DNA of 57,209 nt, filler included, from Catajapyx aquilonaris (taxonomy: Eukaryota): NCBI GenBank assembly GCA_000934665.2. It is 3 parts of 3 records of this genome, joined end to end, with 100 filler letters (N's around TTAATTAATTAA, not from the genome) between each part and the next. Parts side by side here need not be neighbours in the genome. Positions count along the whole stretch, not along the records: positions 1 to 20,939 come from KZ539595.1; 2 more parts are not named here. One strand, given 5' to 3'. Shown piece after piece: positions 1-10,800 of this stretch. Below the pieces are notes generated by a model, which was not told the DNA's origin, did not search any database, and worked only from the letters and a program-made list of their open reading frames with translations. Numbering within the stretch: position 1 is the stretch's first letter; the number at the start of each line of letters is the position of its first letter. A program made the position numbers and the translations under genes.

Positions 1-314
1 CCTCTTTCATTTGGTGTATAACACGTTCATGTACTGTTGATAGGTACGGAGCTATATGCATTTGTAATTGTACTATTCATTTGTAATCACCCTGTATTTC
101 TGGGAGTGCTGCCAAGCATGCAGCTACCACCACGTGTGAAAGGCTCAATTTGCAGCAGTGCTGAGATGTGGCGTCGCCGCCTTGGCAGCGCGTCCATGGT
201 GGCCTCGTGTGAAAATAGCCTTAAGGCTTTGTTAGTAGTGTTGTTGATCTGAAATATGACAAATGTTGGATTTTTAAAATTTCACTATTGATATGTATTC
301 AAATGAAAACGAGC

Positions 315-1165
315 CAAGGTCATATCAAATTGCCAAATGGGTTTCTCAAGGCATCATCTGCACAAAACTAAGTTGGTACTGGTGTAGTGTTATGACAATC
401 ACATGACAGATGTTCAGGACCCCCAGCCTGTCAAAAATACCGTCCAGTCAGAGATGGAAGCAACAAACATTGAGCAGCATACAGTAATCAGTTTTTAACT
501 GCAGAAAGCACCACTTTTCATCTCCTGCAATGATTCTGTGGATGAAACAGTGACCTTCCTTATGATATCACAGCAAATGCTGCAAGGATACCCATGTGTA
601 TGTCTTTCTGTGCAGGTTCCATGTTGTGTGGTACCCACTGCTCGCACATCTTGCTGTACCACAGGCGATCCGGGATAATGGTGTGTGCACACACTCCCAA
701 CACTGATTCCAGCTTTTTCAATAGGTGCTTCCACCATGATTTTTCTGCCTCCTGAGTGAGGCTATCAACTACAGCTACGGACACATCAGTGATCACACTT
801 GCCCTGGCCTGGAATCACTAGTCATCAATGACCGCCCTGCTTGAAATCGATTACTCTAATCTTAAAACACTTGACAAAAACGTGCAGTTTTCATACACAG
901 GACTCATGTGTTGCTGGATTTCTGTACTCCCTACACTTCTGCAGTTAAAAACCAGATTACTGCTTGCTGCTCAATATTCATTGCTTCCATCCTGACTGGA
1001 TGGTCATTTTGACATGGGGTCCTGAACAGAGGCACACTGCCACTTAACTGTGTCGCATCATCGAATCACCACCTGTCAGTGGGTCATAACACTACATTGT
1101 TACCACCATTGTTTTGTGTAGAAGATGCCTCGAGAAACCCATTTGGCAGTTTGCTATGACCCTTA
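315..1165 (-). mobile_element. Degenerate non-autonomous mariner derivative (5' end plus partial transposase plus inverted copy of the 5' end)
   Basis: Minus-strand frames give the mariner motifs WVPHNM (ORF 560-796) and RIIAGDEKW (~510-540), with stops and frameshifts. ~315-508 and ~937-1165 are inverted copies of each other and include the transposase N-terminus (MEATNIEQHTVISFLTAE). The right end is followed by TA. Confidence 0.8.
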
Positions 1166-1421
1166 TATAAAGTGATGAAAATGCAACTTAAACTTCTCCA
1201 CATGTAAGTTTGATTGAGGGTTGATATTTATGTGCAATGTCAGAACTATGACATTGTGGACACCTGCACCACGTTCCCCCATGGGCCCCAGAGTGTCAGT
1301 CAGAATCTATATTGCTATATGCATACACTTTGGCATCAGCCAGGTACTACCTTACTGTCTTTTTCCTACCATAGGTTTATAAGTAGTACGGAAGGCTTCA
1401 GTGAGTTTTGTTCTTTTTCAG

Positions 1422-3617
1422 TATATCCACGAGGCCCAGTTGAACGTAAGGCTACCATGCAGAAAATGAATGTCCATCATCAGCACGTGTACAGTGCCCA
1501 AGCAATTGTCAACACTAACAAAGTGCCCCCCAAGCCACTCAAGCAATATTCTTCTGATGAGATTATCAGCATATTGAAGACACCTAGTGCATCCCCTCGA
1601 CTCTCAGTATCAGATAGAATTGACCTTTTTTTTGCCCGAATGCCAAATAGGGATGAATGGAAAGGAACTTCAAAGCCAAGCCTGTGCCAAGAAGAGCCCA
1701 ATACGTGTGAGTTACCACCCAATAAGACAGTAGCACATGTGAAGTCTAAAGTGCGGGAGATGAGTGTGTATAATCCTCCTGAAAGGACAATACCAAAAAA
1801 CACAAATGTACCACACACTGCCTACACTCGATGTCTGGATTCAGCATATCAAGGAGGGTGCTCCTCAGTGGAAAGCAGGGGGTTAACTATTCAAAAAAGA
1901 TTAGACAAGACTGCAGTTTTGAAGAAGCGGGCAGTTTTGGCTGCTAAATTGGAGGTACTCCGGAAACGTGCAGCAAAAACGTAACTATTTTCTTATTATT
2001 GGATGCATTGTTAGTATTGATTCTCTGTTCCTTTGAACTTCTTGATTAGTGTCTGGCAGGAGAAAGATGTAAGGAACTATACCATGGTTTATAATGACAT
2101 TTGGCTCATTTTTCAGTTTGACAAATTTCAAATTTTTTTCTGCACCTGACACTGCTGTTGCAGATCTACAAGTAATAATGAAAAGACCTTGCATTTTCTC
2201 TGTCAGATGATTTCCCAAACAGTGCTCAAAATTACCATTTGCAGTTTAAACTGTGTTATGAACTCCATTAAAGAAAGGATGTCTTCCAGGATCAATTTGG
2301 CAGTGGCCCACAATAATTTTTATCACCAGTTGTTATAATATTTGAAGAAGTGAAACTCAGGTATTAAATATCTGTTCTTCAAGTACTGAAAATCTGGGCT
2401 ATTCCATTCAACCTACACAAGGGTTTTGAGGGCAACTAAACTTTTGCAATTTGGTTCATGCATCATAAATGCTGTGCAGGGGTGAAAAAAGAAGGCCATA
2501 TCATGAAATGGCAACAAATATGATAAGCTCAATGATATAAATGACAAGAGCCTATTTTAGAATGAGAAGAGAAAATGTCATACTTATTTCTTACAAACTG
2601 TCTAATGTGGATTTTTCCTCCCCCTCTCTTGCATCAGTCTGACTATGCACTGTACTCTTTACACTGTGTTTCTTTCTAACAGTGATGAAGATATGCCATA
2701 CTTGAAATTCATGACCAACTTAACAAGAGAAGTTCTGAAGTGGCGCATCTTCACCAACCATGGCTTGAAGCAGATGTTCAAGACCCACATTCAATACAAT
2801 TCTTCGAATCTGGATCCTGTAAGTGAAGTTAGTCAAGTGATGTCAACAATCAATCATCACCCCATTGCACTTGCAGGTGAAGGTGAAACACTGTGTCGAG
2901 ATGCTGCGCATTAATATTGGAGTACCAAAGTCTGATACTCTGAACCACTTGGGATATGGGTATGGCTCTGTAGTCAAGTCTAGTTCTGGCCAAGAGTATA
3001 GCTCTGTACTAAAGTCTAGTTCTGGCCAAGGGTATGGCTCTGTACTAAAGTCTAGTTCTGGCCAAGGGTATGGCCGTAGTGTACGGTTTAGCTCACGCCT
3101 AGAGTATGACTCTGACCCAGGGTTTGACCCACGCCGAAAGAGTGGCCCTGGCCGAAAGAATGGCCCTGGCCGAAAGAAAGGCCCTGGTCGAGGGGCTATC
3201 CCTGTCCGAAAGAATGGCCGTGGCCAAGAGGCTGTCCCTGTCCGAAAGGATGGCCATGGCCGAGAGGGTGTCCCTGTCCGAAAGGATGGCCATGGCCGAG
3301 AGGGTGTCCCTGTCCGAAAGGATGGCCATGGCCGAGAGGGTGTCCCTGTCCGAAAGGATGGCCATGGCCGAGAGGGTGTCCATGGCCGAGATGGTGTCCC
3401 TGTCCGAAAGGATGGCCATGGCCGAGAGGGTGTCCCTGGAAGAGGAATGCAAGCCATTGCCCTGGGGATGAAGAGAGGAGCCAAAACAAAGACTAGACAG
3501 GAAGAGAAAAAGATGACACCTTCAGAAATTGCCACAGAGCTCGCTCTATTAGATCTGGATCTGGATCTAAATCTGAGTGAAAAAATGAAACAAGCTATCA
3601 TTAAGGATCTAACCTAA
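1422..3617 (+). CDS. SPATA7: SPATA7 (spermatogenesis-associated protein 7)-like protein; last three exons, 5' end possibly upstream of the window
   Basis: Exons 1422-1980, 2683-2818 and 2877-3617 have AG/GT sites and consistent phases (2, 0). KMNVHHQHVYSAQAIVN resembles the SPATA7 N-terminal motif (HMAVHYNKILSAKAAVD). PYLKFMTNLTREVLKWRIFTNHGLKQMFKTHIQYN..KVKHCVEMLRINIG resembles its conserved C-terminal block (LYLSFIEDVTDEILKLGLFSNRFLERLFERHI..KMRHLLHVLKVDLG). Possible start ATG at 1457 (466 aa). AATAAA at 3667-3672. Confidence 0.7.
2958..3440 (+). repeat. Coding tandem repeats in the SPATA7-like last exon
   Basis: ~3 x 36 bp encoding SSSGQGYGSVLK (~2958-3075), 18-bp units encoding RKxGPG (~3133-3190), then ~6 x 36 bp GGCCGAGAGGGTGTCCCTGTCCGAAAGGATGGCCAT encoding GREGVPVRKDGH. 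Confidence 0.95.
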
Positions 3618-4480
3618 TGTACAAACAGTACCCATCACGTTTTTGTTTACATGTGCCACCCCTCAAAATAAATCCACATGTTTCCACGTTTTCATATTCA
3701 GTTTATTGCTTTGCTAAAACAACAATCAATGACTAAATTACTGATAAAATGGGAGTGGAGGGGGAAGATGCAATAACTCTTGCTTTACATGTACATAGAT
3801 TATCAGCAGTCACTAACATTTGAGATAATGGGTTGTTTTTCATCCATACTCTAAGTTGTGAATAACATGCCACTGTTTTAGGGGCATTTACCAAGAGGCT
3901 TTTCTCGTGGTTACCAATCTTTCCTGGCTTGTTTTTTCTCTTTCTTTCTGTCTCCACCTGTCCCGCCTTTGTATCAGCTAATAGCCAGATAGCCATGGTT
4001 GCTTTGGCTCCTTCTCAATCAAACGAACAAATAAACCGTGGTTGCTTCTTGCTGGTAGCTACTAACAACGTAGTGAAAGGATGAAAAACCTACCCAACCT
4101 TTTTTTCCACCACTCCCATTCACAGTTATAGGATAACTGAAAATCACATGTCTTTCTTTTGCATGTTAAACTCTGTTGACTCAAAAACTGCAGTCAAATA
4201 AAATGGGGGAGAGGCCAGAACAATGGAACCCATCCAACAATGCAATCTGGCATTATTGGCCTGAAACTCTGGCCACTTTCCAAGCCTTGCCACAGCCACA
4301 GGAAGAGAATCAGCAGGAACTTTCGGTTTCTCTTGACACTTATCATTTCTTCATGACTATTAATATATATTATTAATATAAATTACATAATAGTTTAAAC
4401 TCTTGAAAAACATGAGAAAATACTTCCCCAAATTGCCCTTCACAAGCCTAATGTAGGCCAATCAATGATTTCCCCTATCC

Positions 4481-4522
<42 letters not shown>
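4481..4522. repeat. (AAT)n microsatellite
   Basis: Directly visible. Confidence 0.95.
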
Positions 4523-4525
<3 letters not shown>

Positions 4526-4873
4526 CACAGCAGAACATACATGTTGAGCCAGTATTAAAAGTCCGAAATACATCCTTTCATATGCAAAAAATGTGCATCT
4601 CAACAAATAGATTCTGTCAGAATTACCCCGACAATAGTGAGGGGAGATTTTTTCACATAGGCCTAGATGTGCATAGCTATCAAGAAAAAGAAAAAAATAC
4701 TGCCTTGAGATACATCACTCGACTCTGTACTTTAACGTCAGAGGGGAAATCCAATTTGCAAGACCTACAATAGGCTTATTTTCCTTCTCCCAAGTAAAAT
4801 AAGAATTAAAACCATCTTCCTTAGGAGGTTTGGGCAAGTGACCCAGGGTCATAACCCCAGGATATCTCCAACC

Positions 4874-7800
4874 TCAGCTGCACTTATCCACCTTGTTGCT
4901 AAGACCGGCAACCTGGGATCCACCCTTCTCTTCTGCAGCACTGCTAATAGCACTGCATGAGGGTAGAGCATCCAGTAGGTCTTCTACATGCCCCAGCACA
5001 AAGTCTGGGGTTGGGCGTACTTGTTGGGTGGCCTGGGTGGCAGGATTAAGAGGCACCCATGCAACAGCAGCCAGTCCAGCCTTGCGCCCACCTAGCAAAT
5101 CTGTCTCAGGCCTATCACCAACAACCATGCATTCTGAGGGGGGTACACCTAGAAGCTGGCAGGCATGAAGGAAGATCTGGGGCTGGGGCTTCTCCCATGG
5201 AAGATCACCGCTCACCTGTGGGTGAAATGTATGCAGGTAAGAAACCCTAATGCAGTACCATTCATACTAAGGAGAATACAGTGAGAAATTCCCACAATAG
5301 CTTCATTGGCTGAGTACTCATTATTGGTATCTTGATAAATATTTATTTAAAACAATCAAAAAGGTGACCTCTGTCCTAAGTATTTACCGGTGTAGCAAAA
5401 CCCAATACATTGAATTACTATAATCATTAACACACTAACTCTACCTACTGGATTCAAGTTCTGATTTACACTGCACAATGAACAGGCTCAGTCACCGTAG
5501 AGCAGTGCAGGTGACGGCCACTCCCTCCCTTTTTGTGAGCTTAGCTGATCTCCCCCACCAAGGGGGGAGATCAGCTAAGCTCACAGGGGGAGCAATGTAT
5601 GAGGTATACGAGTGACCGGGTTCTGGAGCAGTGGTTCCCAAACTCAGGGTCACAACACAAAGTGGGTCCCAGGAAAAAAATGTTTCTGGTGAGAGTCGCA
5701 TACATTTCTGTTAATAAATCAAACGTAAGTCATATGGGTTGCTGGATTGAATATGATATAGCACTTTTCAATGTCTCAATCAAAAAGGTTTTGCAAGTAC
5801 TGTAGCGCAATGAGGGTATGTGAAAGTCATACCATGAATTAATACAGCAGGAAGTCAAATGAAAGCGAATTGATAACATGATTTCCCTGCTCTGTCAGTT
5901 AAGTCTGACAATTTAAAATAGACACTAATATGTGCAATGGACCAATGCATCAAGTAAGAATTGAAAATATTGCCAGCATATCTTTATGCATAAATCAACA
6001 TATTAAACACAAATCAAAAGATTACCCTGTCCTCCATGAATTAGTCAAACCTGGATATATCACTTTTCAAGGGACTGGAAAAATGGGTGTTAAAAGTGGG
6101 ATAGCATTATATGGAGGTTTCAGTGTATTTACAAATTCAGCAGTAGCAAGACCCCTTCATTACAGGGGATACAACTGGCTTGAAATACAAGAGAAGTATG
6201 CATGTCAAAAGCCCGTATCTATCTGTTCATCTCTCGGCTACACTGCAAGTAAAACCTGCCATCAATTCGAAAAGTTGTCATAATTGTATGAAAATGAACA
6301 TTTGGTCCTTCACAGCTTCCTCTAAACATCATGGACCCTTCCAACCAAAAATGGCACATTTTTTTTTTTTAGATAACAAAATACATTGCTATTACAATTC
6401 AGGGACCAACCCTCCAAAGATTTCTGATTGTGTCCCTGTGCTATGCTAGTGGTGCAGCAAGAAAAGAAGACCAATTATGATACTACTGTGTTGGGTGAGG
6501 CACCTTGATAATCAAGCAAATAGTGAGCAAGTTATTTCTCTCTTGCAAACCACACTGCCGTACTCATCCAGATCAGGATGAGATGTGGACTTTTCCTTAT
6601 ACATACATCCTTCCACACCAGCACCATTTTCCGGCTTGCAACTCTTCCAAAATACAAGTAGTATAAGTAAAAAATGTCTCGACAACCCTTTCACACTCTA
6701 GATGTTGAGCCAATGTGCCTGAGTCGAACATGCCAAGGACAAGCGGCTGTCGCATCATCTTTCATGTAAACAAACGCCCTGAGTACAAGGTGTCACGTAA
6801 AGTTGGACCCTTGAGAGTTTCTCATAGTAGTGTTGTGGTAATACAGGGAGATTCTCTCGAATGGAAACCCCAACATTCCTCAATAACTTATTAACTATGG
6901 TATGGTTCCCAATGAAAATTGACATGTACTTACCTTGTATCATGCCAAACAAGGTCTGACTACAGAATATACCAAAAGTGGTCCCCTCCAGCATCCAAAA
7001 ATTTTTTAATGCGAGTCTGCATATTGCCGAAGACTCCTGCTGATTCCCAGCGAGGATTGCACTCATCCCCGCCGGCCCGCCTACTTGGCGGGCGGGCATC
7101 TCAAGGCAACGGGGCTGTTGCCTTGAGATGCTCTCTCGCCAAGCAGGCGGGCGGGTGGGAATGGAGGGGATCGCCGCCTTCAATCTGCAGGAGTCTGCGG
7201 CACTATGCAGACTCGGATTTAAAAAATTCTTGGATGCTGGAGGGGACCACTTTTGGTAAATTCTTTAGTCAGACTTTGTTTGGCATGATACAAGGTAAGT
7301 GCATGTCAATTTTCACTGGGAACCATACCATAGTTAAAAAGTTATTCAGGAATGTTTGGGTTTCCATTCGAGAGAATCTCCCTGTATTATGAAACCATAA
7401 TAACAGTGTATACTGACTATGTAAAATCGGTAGGCCTATCGACGTTCTGAGAGCCATACGATCACTTTAAAAATAGTTCTGAGACACCCTGTAGATGAAT
7501 TTTTTCCATCATTTTACATTCAAAAAGACCACCACTAATTAAAATGATTAATTTTGGCGTGAAGTTGTTATTCATTGATGTCACTTCTACATCGAAAAAA
7601 GAAAAAAACAACCAAAAAATAACCAAAAAACCTGGCCCTAAACAGGTGAAGGGTCCCACTTGAGTGTTTTCTTTTGGCTGTCAGTGCAATATCTAAAGAA
7701 CATGCTTACCAGGTATTTCTTTTTTTAAAGTCAGTACTTAAATGATTGTTGGACCTGTATCAATATTGAAAGGTATTAGTGGTTTTTCTTGTTGTTTCTT

Positions 7801-10800
7801 GTCGTGGCCATATCTTTTGTGAAAAAGGGAAATAAGTTGATTCAGGGTATGTAATCCACTGCGTTTTTTTTGTTTTGTTTTTTGTTTTTTTTGCCGGTTT
7901 CTAATGTCCCTTCTTTTTTTTAAGTACTTACTGTAGAAGGTGGCGAGTTGCCCTGAATATCCTGTAAGGGATTTAAATTAATTTAGTTCTCAATCTCTCG
8001 GCTGGAAGTCGGCTCCCAGCAGGAGGACTTGCGCCAGCATGGGAGTCCATTTTTGCTCCCTCCCGCACATATAGCTGACATCACACTTTGCGGGCCGCAT
8101 CTTTGCATGCAGGCATTTATTTTGCTGCCCTAAATTTGTAATCATTGAAGCGTCTCCTACGATAGGAATACGTATATGGGTTAACAGGCAGCATTTTTTT
8201 CAAGGTTAGCACTTCGGGTCAAACTGAGCCAGCCAGAGAAGGGCTAAATATGGACTGCATCCGAGCCTTTCAAGTGCAAACGGCCTACATGTTCTGCTAT
8301 TTAAATACAGGCTGTAGAAACTGCACCTGTTGATTTGATACAATCCATGCTAATTACATATAATTTTGTAGAAAGCGCTTCAATGTCAGTATATCAATTT
8401 TGCAGTTTTTTGAATAACTTCGTATTTCCTGTGGGCATCTCATTTCTTACAACTGTTGCATCACAGTTTTGCTACCATTGCAATGTGGTACTAGTTGTCC
8501 ACTGTGGGCGACAAGCTGATGAAAAATTCAAATTAATTGCTTTGTTTTATTGCCTAACAACAATTTGCTGACAGGGGAAAGCAGCTAAAGTTCATTGCAG
8601 ATCTTTTGCTCAATCCTCTGTGGTTGTAGTCAGGAATGTTTGAGAAACACCGCTCTCAAGTGAGAAGTAAAACGTGGGGTCCAAGGATCTTACCAGGACT
8701 TGTTTTATCAACATAAAACACCTGGGGATCTTACCTTGGCAAAAGAGTAATATGTGCCACAGAATAGCATCCCTGTTAAAAGATCTTCTGAAACTATAGC
8801 ACTTACCAATATGATATGGAAGAACCTTGCTAGTCCTAGCTCATTGACCTTCTCCCACTGGGAGTTGGAGGGGCCATTAGTGACAAGAGCTAGTCGAAGC
8901 CGCCGTCTCCTCAGTTGGTTGAGCATCCCTGCCACTCCCTGTGAGATGGCCATGTGTTTGTACCTTAGCTTCCGCCATCTGGAGTACACCACTTCTGCTA
9001 GGTACTCATAGCGGGGACCCAGTGCTTCTGACCACAGCATCATACGCCACTCATCTAAGGACAGGCCTGGGTTCTCTGGGCAACAGCGAAATTCACGCAG
9101 GAAACTGTCTGCCACTTGTTCAGCCACCTCCTCAGGGACAGCAAACTCATCTTGGAGGATCTCAGACATCTGGAAGGATCAGGTGACTCAGCACATCCAT
9201 CCCCAAGAGTGATATTATGACAGTGGCTTTCCACATGTCTTGACCTCGCCATCAACAATTACAGTGAGCAAGGCACATGTATGACCTGAACTGCATGCCA
9301 TAAAAACAGTAATTACACTATTATGATGAAGTAAAACTTGGCTAATGTATCAAATACAATCAGTTTCATAAAGATGATGGCTTGAGTTATGAAATTTCAC
9401 TGGATAACAGTTATAGATCGGTCAACATAAGAACACCACCGAGTGTGGCACTCAGGATGCAATCCTGGAATGAGAAGTGATCTGTGGGTAAGCATGATAT
9501 GATATGTTGTAAGTTACACTTATTTCTGACATGGGCATGGCCATACAGATCACTTCCGATTCCAGTATTGCATCCTGTGCGCCACGGCGATGCATAATTG
9601 CGATCTATAATTGATCTAAATGGTGGTAACTAAGTTTACATATTGAGTATTCCAAAAATACATTTTAAAATGCTCAATACACCTCAAACCACATCCATGG
9701 ATAAAACTAATACCCATTCAGAGGAATGGCTGATTATGTCAGTGACTTCTCAAACATTTTATGTGCATGCAAATATGGTCAGGCTTATAAAAACAAATCC
9801 AGACCTTCCGAAGACATTTGTTGTTCCTTTGTTCATATCACATTTTATGCATTTCTAACATCAATTAGCAAGGGTTTTTATTTTTTGGTCTGATCTCCAG
9901 TTATTGAAATTCTGTAACTGACAACCACAGCAGTGCCCACTGTAACATTGCAATAGCCTTGCACCTCATTAACCTAATTTATAAACTAAGGAGCCTTAGG
10001 ACTTAATAATGTGATGTACAGAATTAAATCCTAGGCTCACTTATAGAGTACATATTTACTTATGATGTGATGCATGTACACAACTGAAAGAACAGACATG
10101 TAACAAAAAGAATGAAACAGTATGAGAGAAAGGGGTGACCAAAAGAGAAAACTGAAAAAGTATTCAGTGTAAGAATAGAAACACAGCAAATGAAACCAAG
10201 ATGTAAAGAAGATAGACAAATGTGATGATGTTCAATGGAAAGAGAGATGCATGTTTTCTTAAAAAGTAGTTATACACTAAAAAGTGCTACCTGTCCGAGG
10301 GAAGTTCAAACACCCGTTTGTCTGCGAGCCTTGGGCGCAAACTCACACACAGGGTCGCCAACTTGGGGATAGTCGGGCCGTCCCCCAAGAGAGACGGGAA
10401 TTGAAGTTGATGAACTTTTCTCTGCAAGTGGTGCAGAAAAACACACGCGGCCAAGAGCAAAAGAGGGAGATTGGGGCTCAGGTTGTGGGTTTACATTTTC
10501 TGGGTACCTGGGGAAGTTTGGGACAATCGTATGAGTGGCTGTGGCTTAGGCGGAAAAGGCAGTACAACGGCTTAATCAAAGGAGAAAGTTTGTGTTTGAA
10601 TGACAGTAAATTAAGCTGGATTAAAGCATACTTTTCCAAAAAATGGTAAGTCTGAGACAAGTTGGGTCACAATGGTCCCTTCCAAATCCAGCATTGGAAA
10701 TCTTTTTCTTTCTGTAAGTTCACCTGATGAATAACGGCATTAACAAGGTGTCAATCTAACATTCAATATTATATTCTAACAGACAAAAAAGTCCCAACTA

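Noticed and set aside
2843..3601. Antisense and alternative-frame ORFs over the 36-bp repeats (252, 117, 121 and 97 aa)
   Set aside because: By-products of stop-free tandem repeats. Only the + frame joins the SPATA7-like exons in phase.
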